64,000 nucleotides of DNA from positions 1 to 64,000 of the forward strand of contig JAWOCD010000115.1 in the NCBI GenBank assembly GCA_046483985.1. Direction: 5' to 3'. Made by a program: the position numbers and the translations under genes. Shown here piece after piece: positions 38,632-48,097 of the stretch; position 1 is the first letter of the stretch; each line of letters begins with the position of its first letter. Source of the DNA: Promethearchaeia archaeon. Its GTDB lineage: Archaea; Asgardarchaeota; Lokiarchaeia; Sigyniarchaeales; SOKP01. The notes under the pieces were generated by a model. It was given only the letters and a program-made list of their open reading frames with translations. It had not been told where the DNA came from and made no database searches.

Positions 38632-39537
38632 TTATAATTTATCTGAAATAAAGGAAATAAATTCAATAATCGTTTTTGCTGCCAAATTACAAGTTAAATT
38701 ATTATGATCCAAATTAGGGGCAACTTCTACGAGATCAAATCCTATAATATTAACATTTTTGACCAATTCTCGAAGAATTTGCCATAATGCTCTATAAGAA
38801 AGCCCGCCGGGGATTGGATAGCCCGTACCTGGTGCATTAGAGGGATCTACCACGTCCACATCAATTGAAACATAGAGGGACTCGATATCATTCTGGGTAA
38901 AGAAATTTATGATTTGAGTGCCATACTCTCTTAACCCAAGCTCAGACAGCTTATAGGCCGGGAGATAACAAATATCCTCTTGCTTTGCATTATCTAATTC
39001 AATATTATCAATATCTCTGCAACCAGCTAATAAAAAATTATCATTATTTATGTATTCCAGCTCATAGACATTATGTGAGACTGTTGCATGGGAGTATTCT
39101 TTTCCATCCCATTCTTTATAAAAATCAAGATGTGCATCAAAGAAAAGCGCCCCAAATTTCCCCTTCTGCGCATATCTATCTCCTATCGCTTTCACCACGG
39201 GATAGCTGCAAAAGTGATCTCCTCCGATCATAACGGGTATGAGTTTTTTTTTACTTTCATAAATCCGTTGAATAAACGCCTCAATCTCTTTAAGATTTTG
39301 TTTTAAATTGGCTTTTTCTATTTCAATATCCCCGATATCTGACACGTTCAATTTAAAAATATCTTTACCCAATTCCGTTGTAAAACCTATATTTTGAGAG
39401 ACTTTTCTTATTGATTCCGGTCCAATTTCAGAGTTTGGCAGAGATATAGTTGATAATTCGTCCCAAGGTATTCCAAAAATTACAAATTCCGTAGAAGGAT
39501 CTATACAATCTCCAAAATCAAAAAAGGTCGAATTCAT
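38632..39537 (-). CDS. speB: Agmatinase (ureohydrolase family)
   Basis: GPESIR, GGDH, DAHLD, SHAT, SIDVDVVDP, PGGL, DLVEVAP. Confidence 0.88.
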   Translation of the reverse strand: MNSTFFDFGDCIDPSTEFVIFGIPWDELSTISLPNSEIGPESIRKVSQNIGFTTELGKDIFKLNVSDIGDIEIEKANLKQNLKEIEAFIQRIYESKKKLIPVMIGGDHFCSYPVVKAIGDRYAQKGKFGALFFDAHLDFYKEWDGKEYSHATVSHNVYELEYINNDNFLLAGCRDIDNIELDNAKQEDICYLPAYKLSELGLREYGTQIINFFTQNDIESLYVSIDVDVVDPSNAPGTGYPIPGGLSYRALWQILRELVKNVNIIGFDLVEVAPNLDHNNLTCNLAAKTIIEFISFISDKL

Positions 39538-39569
39538 ACTAAGGCAATCTCTATTTTGTATTTAAAGTT

Positions 39570-41285
39570 TTACATTTCTTTAAGCACTTCTATACCCAAC
39601 AGATTCAATCCGCACTTTACAACAATTTGCACACATTTAATCAAATATAATCGAGATTTTTGAAGTTCCTTATTATTTGAAATAACAGGGCATGAACTGT
39701 AAAACGAATTAAATTCTTGGGTAAGATCTAGTAAATATTGGGGGATTAAATGAATGTTATAATTATCGGCTGCTTCTTGGACGATCTCTGGGAAGTAATT
39801 CAGTAATTTAATTACCCGTAGTTCTTTTTCATGGGTTAATAATTGGAAATCTACCGTTGATTGAACATCTAATTCTGACTTTTCAATAATTGATTGTATC
39901 CGTGCGTAGCAATATTGGATATATGGTCCGGTTTCTCCTTCAAAAGAAATACTCTCTTCTGGATTAAATACAAAATCCTTCATAGGATTGAATTTCAAAA
40001 TAAAAAACCTTAATGCCCCCATTCCGATAATTTCTGCCCGTTCCAATTTTTTTTCATCAGATAAATCGGGATACCGTTTATTGACCTCCTCATAAGCTAT
40101 AACTTTCATTTCTTTGACCAGATCATCGGCATCGACCACTTTCCCCTCGCGGCTTTTCATTTTTCCCTCTGGTAAATTGATCATACCATAGGATAGATGA
40201 TATTTCTCTTTTGTATAACCCAGCATTTCTAATACGGCAAACAACTGTTGAAAGTAGAGACGCTGTTCATTCCCGACGATGAAAATTGACTTATCATAAT
40301 CAAAATCCTCCTTCTTTAAGTGAGCCAAGTAAACATCTTGGGTTATATATATGGAGGTCCCATCGCTTCGTAATAATACCTTATCCGGTAAATCATATCT
40401 CTCATTTAAATTCGCAATTATGGCTCCATCTGGTCTTTTTGTAAAGATACCCCCTTCAAGTCCTTTTAGAATGAGTTTTTTGCCTTTATAATAAAAATCT
40501 GACTCGTAGTATTCTTTATCAAAGGTGATATCAAATTTTTTATATGTTTCTTGAAATCCCTCCAAAGCCCATTGTCTCAGTTTTTTCCAGAGCTTCCTCA
40601 CTTCGGGATCCTTTTCTTCCCACAGACGTAATAATTCTTTAGCTTCCTCTTCTATAGATTCATTTTTTTCTTTCATTTTACTATATTTCACATAGTAATC
40701 CCCTACAAAATGGTCAGGTTTTTTGTCTGGTTTTTTATTATCCCCCCATTTTTTGTAAGCGAGCATACTTTTACAGATATGGATCCCCCGATCATTATTC
40801 AGGTTTACATCAAACACTTTATGCCCATTATATTTTAAGATTCTCGAAAGTGTGCTCCCAATTAACATATTTCGGACGTGTCCTAAATGTAAGGGCTTAT
40901 TTGTATTGGGAGCGGGATATTCGATAACTATTCTCTGGGGAGCAATTTTACTTTCTCCCGCTTGAATATTGATCCGTCCATAATCTCCCCGAAATTTAAA
41001 AATATTTTTCAGAATGATCTCCTTTTTTACTCTGAAATTAATATATGCCCCTTCAGCAACGATTTCCTCAAAAAACTCGGGATATTCTAACTTTTCGATC
41101 ATATTCTCTGCAATTTCAACGGGATTTTTCTTTTCATATTTTGCTAATTTGAAAGTCGGAAAGCCATAAGTATATTCAATTCCCGTAGGTGGTTGTTCAA
41201 TGATTTTCTGAATCTCTTCATGCGATAGATAAGAAATATGCTCATTTAATATCTGTGCAATAGTTTTTTTATTGACGAGAGTCAC
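39570..41285 (-). CDS. argS: Arginine--tRNA ligase
   Basis: PNTNKPLHLGHVRN, RSDGT, KMKSREG, GETGPYIQY. Confidence 0.97.
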   Translation of the reverse strand: MTLVNKKTIAQILNEHISYLSHEEIQKIIEQPPTGIEYTYGFPTFKLAKYEKKNPVEIAENMIEKLEYPEFFEEIVAEGAYINFRVKKEIILKNIFKFRGDYGRINIQAGESKIAPQRIVIEYPAPNTNKPLHLGHVRNMLIGSTLSRILKYNGHKVFDVNLNNDRGIHICKSMLAYKKWGDNKKPDKKPDHFVGDYYVKYSKMKEKNESIEEEAKELLRLWEEKDPEVRKLWKKLRQWALEGFQETYKKFDITFDKEYYESDFYYKGKKLILKGLEGGIFTKRPDGAIIANLNERYDLPDKVLLRSDGTSIYITQDVYLAHLKKEDFDYDKSIFIVGNEQRLYFQQLFAVLEMLGYTKEKYHLSYGMINLPEGKMKSREGKVVDADDLVKEMKVIAYEEVNKRYPDLSDEKKLERAEIIGMGALRFFILKFNPMKDFVFNPEESISFEGETGPYIQYCYARIQSIIEKSELDVQSTVDFQLLTHEKELRVIKLLNYFPEIVQEAADNYNIHLIPQYLLDLTQEFNSFYSSCPVISNNKELQKSRLYLIKCVQIVVKCGLNLLGIEVLKEM

Positions 41286-41447
41286 TTGTTAAGCACCTTT
41301 TCAATCTTTTTTAGTTAAAAATAATTTAATTATTTTGAATTGTAAAATCTAGAATTATGAAAAAGATAAGTATAATGAGAAAAATAATTAATTATAGTTC
41401 AAAAAATTTAACTAATTCGAAAGAAACAATTAGGAAAGGAAGAAAAA

Positions 41448-42653
41448 ATGTCATTTGAACAAGAAGCAAGAGAAAACTTCCCCGATTGGCCTATCTACGA
41501 TGAAAGGGAGATAGAGGCATTAAAAGATGTGATTGAGTCTGGTAATTGGTGGATCGGTTCACCTGCAGTTCCTAAAGGAGATAACGTATGGAAGTTCCAA
41601 GAAGAATTTGCTGAGTTTCAGGAGGCGAAAAATGCAATTGCAGTGATTAATGGAACCGTCGCGATTGAAGCTGCTCTATTGGCTTTGGACATTGGATTGG
41701 GAGATGAAGTGATCGTCTCCGATTATACATTTGTTGCATCTGCGAGTGCTGTGGTGGCTACCAACGCAGTTCCTGTTTTTTGCGATATCGATCCGGAAAC
41801 CTTAGTGATGGACGTTGATCTGGTCGAAGATTTGATAACCAAGAGAACAAGGGCTATTGTTCCGGTCCATTTGGGAGGAAATCCCGTCGAAATGGAACGT
41901 TTAATGGAAATTGCTGAGAAATATGACCTAAAAGTGGTGGAGGATTCTTCTCACGCGCATGGGTCTCGCTATAAAGGAAAAAGAGTAGGAAATTTCGGAG
42001 ATGCTGGTACGTTTAGTTTTCAAGCATCAAAAGTATTAACTGGAGGAGAGGGGGGTATGATTATCACGAATGACGATGAATTAGCCGATCTTATCTATTC
42101 AGTGGTTGATTGCGGCAGGAAGAAGGGCGAGTATTTTTATAAACATTTTCGGTACGGCACTAATTACCGAATGACGGAATATCAAGGTGCAGTACTCCGT
42201 GCTCAATTGAGGAAATTCCCAGAACAACATAAGTTACGAAATGAGAACGCCCAATATTTGATGGAAAGGCTTAACGCCATAGATGGAATCAGGGTTATGA
42301 AACCCACTTCGGGAACCGAAGAGATCGGGTGGTATGTATTCCCCATTGTTTTTGACCCCGAGAAATTTGGAGGGATAACCAAAGAACAGTTTTACAAAAA
42401 ATTAAATGAAAACGGCATACCCGCAGATGATTGTTATCCCCCGTTACACGGACTTACGTGCTTTAGAGAAGTTGATCTGCGCAAAGGAATTGATTACAGT
42501 AATGCAAACTGGGGCGGAGAGAAGAGTAACCATGAGAATTTCCCCGTTGTTTCAGATATTTACTCTCGAAGCGTGGAATTTCCACATGAAATGCTGTTAG
42601 CCTCAAAAGAAAAGCTAGATGAAGTGGTCGATTTCATTCAATCCTTAAAGTAA
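41448..42653 (+). CDS. DegT/DnrJ/EryC1/StrS aminotransferase
   Basis: NGTVA, YTFVASA, EDSSHAHG, SFQASKVLTGGEGG. Confidence 0.93.
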   Translation: MSFEQEARENFPDWPIYDEREIEALKDVIESGNWWIGSPAVPKGDNVWKFQEEFAEFQEAKNAIAVINGTVAIEAALLALDIGLGDEVIVSDYTFVASASAVVATNAVPVFCDIDPETLVMDVDLVEDLITKRTRAIVPVHLGGNPVEMERLMEIAEKYDLKVVEDSSHAHGSRYKGKRVGNFGDAGTFSFQASKVLTGGEGGMIITNDDELADLIYSVVDCGRKKGEYFYKHFRYGTNYRMTEYQGAVLRAQLRKFPEQHKLRNENAQYLMERLNAIDGIRVMKPTSGTEEIGWYVFPIVFDPEKFGGITKEQFYKKLNENGIPADDCYPPLHGLTCFREVDLRKGIDYSNANWGGEKSNHENFPVVSDIYSRSVEFPHEMLLASKEKLDEVVDFIQSLK

Positions 42654-42728
42654 TTTTTTCTTTTACTTCTCATTAATAGGCAAAATAATATAAGTTTCCA
42701 TAATCATAATGTAAAATGTAAACACATC

Positions 42729-43274
42729 ATGACTAAAAAGAAATTTTTGGATGGACAAGTGGAAGTGGTTGTTGGAGATATCACCGAGGAAAAGGTGGAT
42801 GCAATCGTGAATGCGGCAAATTCTTCATTAATGGGAGGAGGAGGCGTTGACGGAGCAATTCATCGGGCTGGTGGTCCGGCGATTAAGGAAGAGTGCAAAA
42901 AAATTAGGGATGAACAATATCCGGATGGACTTCCAACGGGAAAGGCAGTAATAACTACGGGTGGACGCTTAGAACCAAAAGTCATCCATACAGTTGGTCC
43001 CGTATATCAGAGTAGTGATTCTCCAGATAAAGAGCTGGCTGCTTGTTATAAAAGTAGTTTAAAGGTTGCAGCAAAAAATGATTGTCATACGGTATCTTTT
43101 CCCGCGATATCTACGGGCATATACGGATTTCCTAAAGTTAAAGCTGCAGAAGTGGTCTCCAAGACTCTAAATGAAACTTTACCCAAATATGATGAAATTG
43201 ATATAGTTCGTTTAGTCTTTTTTGCAGAAAATGACGCAAGAGTCTTCTTAGAAAATTGTCAATTTTCAAGTTAA
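42729..43274 (+). CDS. Macrodomain protein (MacroD/YmdB-type ADP-ribose hydrolase)
   Basis: GDIT, AIVNAANSSLMGGGGVDGAIH, VIHTVGP, FPAISTGIYGFP. Confidence 0.95.
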   Translation: MTKKKFLDGQVEVVVGDITEEKVDAIVNAANSSLMGGGGVDGAIHRAGGPAIKEECKKIRDEQYPDGLPTGKAVITTGGRLEPKVIHTVGPVYQSSDSPDKELAACYKSSLKVAAKNDCHTVSFPAISTGIYGFPKVKAAEVVSKTLNETLPKYDEIDIVRLVFFAENDARVFLENCQFSS

Positions 43275-43309
43275 CTATTATGTTCTGAATTCATTGAGAT
43301 ATTAGCAAA

Positions 43310-43492
43310 ATGAAAGTCCGTTTTCGATTGGTGGGAGTCCCCCCTAAAGAGGCTGTGAAAGAAATTGAAATAGACCCTGAAATGACCGTAGCGGAGGTCA
43401 AAGAGAAGATAATAGAAAAATTTAATTTGCAACATAATATGGATATTAATTTAATAGATTCGGTTAAGGACAACAAATCAAAAAAAAGATAA
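43310..43492 (+). CDS. Truncated ubiquitin-like (beta-grasp) protein without C-terminal GG
   Basis: MKVRF...KEIEIDPEMTVAEVKEKIIEKFNL matches ubiquitin beta1-beta2-alpha1 (cf. TLEVEPSDTIENVKAKI); ends in KSKKR. Confidence 0.6.
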   Translation: MKVRFRLVGVPPKEAVKEIEIDPEMTVAEVKEKIIEKFNLQHNMDINLIDSVKDNKSKKR

Positions 43493-43505
43493 AGAGAATT
43501 TTCTC

Positions 43506-44288
43506 CTAATTATTAAAGGCATCTTCCCAATCCTTTGCGTTCCGCACTTCCTCGATTGCATTTTTTACCCCTTTTATTTGTTTTGCCCTTATGGCATTAG
43601 AGAGTACATAGCTTTTATTCATAACGCCGATGATCCTCTTTGTGGTGATTTTATCTTCTAAATAACTGAAAGAACGAAACACTTGGGTTTCCAATTCATT
43701 TCGCGGAGCGCCTCTCGTAGCCAAGGTCACAAATTTCTCAAGAAAAAATCCTTGAAGAGGGACCTCACATCGTGTTTTCCAAAGTCTCATCAACTTGAGA
43801 ATATTTGTCCTTTTTTTTTCTTTGATATCTTCATCAAAAGCCTTGAGACTGTATTCAATGGGTTCTCTCCGGTTAGTATTATAATGTTTCGCAAAACCAA
43901 ATTCAAGATCAATTGGTTTTGCGGGGATTACATCGATATGCAAGTTCGTTTTATATCTGATCTCCCATCCAAGCGTCTTCAAAGTTGCGTTTCTCCATTT
44001 ACTGGTAATCACATCGCCGACTTCAGAGTGGATGTCTGTAATTGATTTCTCTGTTTCCTTAGGATAATAAACAACTAAGTTTATATCGCTATAATCCCGG
44101 ATCATTGTCTCTCTGCTGTAAGATCCGCCGTAATAAAATTCTAAAGGCCCATCGATCTTATCTCTGATTCTATTTTCTACTTCCTTACGTTTTGATTCAA
44201 TATAATTCCGATGCTTAGAAGAGATCTCTTGGGAACTTAACAACTCTCTAAATACCTTTTCAGATTGAGAAATCTCATCCCTTCCCAT
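43506..44288 (-). CDS. cGAS/DncV-like (SMODS/OAS-type) nucleotidyltransferase with degenerate active site
   Basis: YYGGSYSRETMI...SDINLVVY (DxD changed to DxN), HIDVIPA, LKLMRLWK, FFLE, C-terminal WxxxF. Confidence 0.75.
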   Translation of the reverse strand: MGRDEISQSEKVFRELLSSQEISSKHRNYIESKRKEVENRIRDKIDGPLEFYYGGSYSRETMIRDYSDINLVVYYPKETEKSITDIHSEVGDVITSKWRNATLKTLGWEIRYKTNLHIDVIPAKPIDLEFGFAKHYNTNRREPIEYSLKAFDEDIKEKKRTNILKLMRLWKTRCEVPLQGFFLEKFVTLATRGAPRNELETQVFRSFSYLEDKITTKRIIGVMNKSYVLSNAIRAKQIKGVKNAIEEVRNAKDWEDAFNN

Positions 44289-44334
44289 AATAATTGATCA
44301 TTGTTCTTATCCTTAATAATTTTTAACGATCTGC

Positions 44335-44547
44335 GAAAGAAGTCCCCATCCCTTTAGGGTGGGGATGAATTTCGTATTTATACAAACATTTTTATATTTG
44401 GTTTTTGGTATTATCTTAGTAACCAAGTGAATAGAATGGGATACGAACTTGATAAAGGTGCTCATTCGGTGTATTCATTAAACTACCATTACATCTGTTG
44501 TGTAAAATATCGAAGAAAGATTGTTGTGTAAAATATCGAAGAAAGAT
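44335..44547 (+). mobile_element. IS200/IS605 end hairpin with truncated TnpA (Y1 transposase) start
   Basis: Hairpin TCCCCATCCC-TTTA-GGGTGGGGA at ~44343-44365; ORF 44436..44531 MGYELDKGAHSVYSLNYHYICCVKYRRKI is the TnpA N-terminus (HSV...YH...KYRR). Confidence 0.85.
44496..44547. repeat. 26-bp tandem duplication at the tnpA truncation point
   Basis: TGTTGTGTAAAATATCGAAGAAAGAT at 44496-44521 and 44522-44547. Confidence 0.92.
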
Positions 44548-45593
44548 TAATATTCAACTTCTTCGATCTTTCCCGATTCTGCGCTTTGATACATAGCATC
44601 AATAATCTTGAGAATTTTTAGACCGTATTCTCCCGTGGTAAGAGGGTCCTTCCCCTCGCTGATACATTCCATAAACTTTTTAATTTCTTGGGGATACCCA
44701 AAAGTCCACGCTTCTGCGGGCACGGGAAAAGTCCAGCCTACCGTATCGCCCGCTTTTTCCACCGCATAGCCATACCCCTTCTCGCTATATACACTCATCA
44801 GATCGCTAAAGGTTGGCGAGACCTTAATTTGCCCTTCGGTGCCAAAAATTTCAAAGAGCATATCGTACCCTCCCGGAGCAGTCCACGATTCTTCAATGGT
44901 GACTTGGGCATCATTTTCAAAGTACAGAATCCCCACGGCGTTATCCTCCACATCACATGTCCCGAATTCTCCCTTATCGGTTGAAATGTTTTTCGTTTGA
45001 CAGAAAACCTCCTCTACATCGCAGTCTAAATACCACACTAAGCAGGCAATATCATGAATGCCCAGATCCATCAAGGCACCTCCACCAGCTTTTTCTTTTT
45101 TATAAAACCATGCTGAATGGGGGCCAGAGTGCTGTTCTTTTCCCCTACCCATGTAGATATCTCCAACCGCCCCCTCGTCGATAATTTCCTTTGCCTTGCT
45201 GAAGGAGGGGGCATACATATTGTTTTCACAGTAAAAAATTCGTTGATTGGAAGACTTTTCAACATCTATCATTTTTTTTCCCTCCTCTACAGTACGGGCA
45301 AGGGGTTTTTCAACAAGCGCATGCGCTCCGGAGTTCAGTACATCAATAGCTATTTTTTTATGAAGAAAATTCGGCAAACAGACTGAAATAGCGTTACAGT
45401 CCAATTTTAATAAATCCTGATAATCTTTATAGAGTTTTCCCGAGATTTCAAATTTTTTCATAAATTCGCTAGCTTCCTTTTCTATGATTGAAGAAACTCC
45501 CACTATTTCTACGTTGGGAAGTGAATTATATGCGGTTGCATGATGTTCGGCAATAAAGCCAGAACCGATAATTCCTACCTTTAACTCTTTCAT
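44547..45593 (-). CDS. Gfo/Idh/MocA oxidoreductase
   Basis: GIIGSGFIA, VEKPLA, GGGALMDLGIH, VEDNA. Confidence 0.93.
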   Translation of the reverse strand: MKELKVGIIGSGFIAEHHATAYNSLPNVEIVGVSSIIEKEASEFMKKFEISGKLYKDYQDLLKLDCNAISVCLPNFLHKKIAIDVLNSGAHALVEKPLARTVEEGKKMIDVEKSSNQRIFYCENNMYAPSFSKAKEIIDEGAVGDIYMGRGKEQHSGPHSAWFYKKEKAGGGALMDLGIHDIACLVWYLDCDVEEVFCQTKNISTDKGEFGTCDVEDNAVGILYFENDAQVTIEESWTAPGGYDMLFEIFGTEGQIKVSPTFSDLMSVYSEKGYGYAVEKAGDTVGWTFPVPAEAWTFGYPQEIKKFMECISEGKDPLTTGEYGLKILKIIDAMYQSAESGKIEEVEY

Positions 45594-45896
45594 AAAATCA
45601 TTTCCACTTTTCGAATATATTTATTATTTATTTAATTAATTATTCTCTTCTTAATTTATAGTTTTAAGTTGTTTATATCAACTATAAGTTTATAAAAGAA
45701 AGAATTTGAGACGATTATATTGAATCAAAAAAGAATGTTCGTGGAAATGGGCATGGTCGTAGCCCAATATGGGCACAAAAATGTTGTTCTATAGCTGCAA
45801 GAAAAGCAAGAAAGGATCCTATCTCGAACAATTGTGTTCCAGGATTAGTGGAAATTTGCGGCTTAACTCCCGAAGGCATACCTTTTTCGTACTGGA

Positions 45897-46685
45897 TTAA
45901 ATTTTATAGGAATTAATCCTATTTTTTAAGGTTTTTATAAAAATCTCATATATTTTTTTCCCTTTGGATTTTGAGGCTGCCGAGGCATCGCCCATCAATC
46001 CTTGTTCTAACCACAGATTACCACGCGCAAATATTCTCTCCTCTGGAAACTCTGGAAATTCTGTGAGCCCTTCTAATTCAGATTTCCTCACTAACCCAGG
46101 TGCTAAAAAAAGCATCAGAGATGTTTCCAGCTCAGCTGCATGATAAGGTTCGGTTTCGAGGATTGACAAGATTTTTTGTTCTATCTTCCCATCAAAGAGC
46201 CTCACACCAGAGAGGAGATATATATGTGGTAATTTTTCGAATTGCTCTTTCGAAAGTCTTAAAGGGAAATCCCTCTCCTTTCTTATAGCCTCTAATACAT
46301 CGATACATGCCTCTCGTAAAACTGTTGAATGAGAAGTTCCTCCGTGCCAAGTAAAAATTACAATATTTTTTATCTCTTGGGTTGCATAGGAATAGACGAT
46401 ATCATACATGAGAGATTTAAGCGTTTCTACTCTGAATTCCAAAGTACCAGGAAATCCCTGGGTAGTGCGACTCACACCGAATCGAACTGTAGGGCCAAGT
46501 ATAATATCGGTTTCTTTAGCTACGTGCTTGCACATTTTTTCAGCGATAATTCCGTCTGTATTAATTGGTAAATGAGGACCATGCTCTTCGATACATCCAA
46601 TAGGAATTAATACGATAGAATCTTTCTTTTCGGCCATTTCTTGGAACTCCTTCCAGGTCCCCTTCAGATGATTTACATACGGCAT
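45897..46685 (-). CDS. Creatininase family amidohydrolase
   Basis: PIGCIEEHGPHLPINTD, FPGTL, WHGG, HAAELETS. Confidence 0.92.
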   Translation of the reverse strand: MPYVNHLKGTWKEFQEMAEKKDSIVLIPIGCIEEHGPHLPINTDGIIAEKMCKHVAKETDIILGPTVRFGVSRTTQGFPGTLEFRVETLKSLMYDIVYSYATQEIKNIVIFTWHGGTSHSTVLREACIDVLEAIRKERDFPLRLSKEQFEKLPHIYLLSGVRLFDGKIEQKILSILETEPYHAAELETSLMLFLAPGLVRKSELEGLTEFPEFPEERIFARGNLWLEQGLMGDASAASKSKGKKIYEIFIKTLKNRINSYKI

Positions 46686-46714
46686 TAATATCCTCCCTAC
46701 ACTTAAGTATGCAA

Positions 46715-48028
46715 TTATGTTAATCCTAAATTTTCTAATCCCAATTCGTCTTCAGCATATCGTTTCAACGCTTGCCATTGACTCTTTTTTGTTCCAAAAT
46801 ACTTGAATACCGCGATTCCTAATCCAAAATCAAAAGCTCGCATTTGTTTCAGCATTTCCTCCTTGTTACATTCCACGGAATTAGTTATTGTCAATACGGG
46901 ACTGTTGAATTCATGTGCCCGCTTTTTCATGTTTCGCTTAAAATACCAGAAGAAAATGTCTGCCAATTTACCCCAAAACCAGCCATCATCTCGCGTCCCC
47001 ATTAAGTACGGATATTCCATGGGGGATGCAACATCAAACACCGACGACAATTTTCCCCAATTCTGGCCAATTCTTCGCCTTGAAAACCATTTTCTAGGAC
47101 CTGGTAAGCAGAACCATCCAGTAACGCAATTCCTATCAGCCGATTTAATGGTCCTTTGTAGCTTTTTGCCATAGGTCACGATCGTATCTTCCCGAAAATC
47201 TCGCCATTCGTCACTTTTCAGTAATTTGGGGCTTGATCCATATGTTTCCCGAAATTTACTGACACATCTCTCACAAGTGCATAGGTCGGTAAAACTATGG
47301 TGATATCGAATATAATCTGCAAAAAATGCTTTAATTGGATAATTTTTCACTACTTCCTCGGCGAGGTTTAATAAATAATCTATATGTTCACTATTCGGAC
47401 AGAGGAAACTGGTGAGTGGAATATATCCTTTTCCCCTGGCACTTCTAGCCTTGCCCTTTTCTTCGTCGACTTGCCTTGTTAAAAAGGGGACCTTCTTCTT
47501 ATACTGCTCAAATGATACTCCTTCCGGGAGATCAACTCTCATTTCCCCTTCATTATGAGTCGCAATATCTCCTACCTCATATTTTTTTCCGTCGGCTTTC
47601 CCGGACTTCCCATGAACACTTACCCGTTCTGGGTGCAAATACCCTTGATAAGCATCGTTCATAGAGGTAAAAGATGCCATAATGTGAATATTCCTTTCTT
47701 GTGCGGCATCGCAGAATTCACCTAAAATATCCCGTCCGGTAGGATTCCATCCGACTTGGGTATCCCACATACATGCGCCATCGGTATCCTTGATGACCAA
47801 TCCGAAGACGTTGAAATGACATTCTTGAAGTTTTTCTATGATCTCTATGGGATCTAGTTCCTCCTCAGCAAATTCATAATCAAGTTTGCGAAATCCCTTT
47901 GAACCCCTCACAGGCATTAATCCCATTCCGTAAACCTTTCTGGCACCGAATTGGTTACGAAATTCTTGGACCTTCTTATTGTTTTCCAAGTCAAATGAAA
48001 AATATTCAGACCAATCTATTGTCCCCAT
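46715..48028 (-). CDS. Putative glycoside-hydrolase-like TIM barrel (GHL10/DUF187-like)
   Basis: DILGEFCDAA, LCPNSE, ADYIRY, CTCERC, IGQNW, SPMEY. Confidence 0.7.
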   Translation of the reverse strand: MGTIDWSEYFSFDLENNKKVQEFRNQFGARKVYGMGLMPVRGSKGFRKLDYEFAEEELDPIEIIEKLQECHFNVFGLVIKDTDGACMWDTQVGWNPTGRDILGEFCDAAQERNIHIMASFTSMNDAYQGYLHPERVSVHGKSGKADGKKYEVGDIATHNEGEMRVDLPEGVSFEQYKKKVPFLTRQVDEEKGKARSARGKGYIPLTSFLCPNSEHIDYLLNLAEEVVKNYPIKAFFADYIRYHHSFTDLCTCERCVSKFRETYGSSPKLLKSDEWRDFREDTIVTYGKKLQRTIKSADRNCVTGWFCLPGPRKWFSRRRIGQNWGKLSSVFDVASPMEYPYLMGTRDDGWFWGKLADIFFWYFKRNMKKRAHEFNSPVLTITNSVECNKEEMLKQMRAFDFGLGIAVFKYFGTKKSQWQALKRYAEDELGLENLGLT

Positions 48029-48097
48029 TCTTATTTAATTCACATTTTATTAATGATTATGTATATTATGTATAGATTCTTTTTGTTAAAATATTTT

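Noticed and set aside
42729-45593. A complete CBASS operon
   Set aside because: No effector, Cap2/Cap3 or HORMA/TRIP13 genes are adjacent, and the NTase active site is degenerate.
45700-45900. GC-richer intergenic stretch with a start-less open frame; one frame faintly TIR-like
   Set aside because: No start codon, the alternative frames contain stops, and the similarity is too weak to call.
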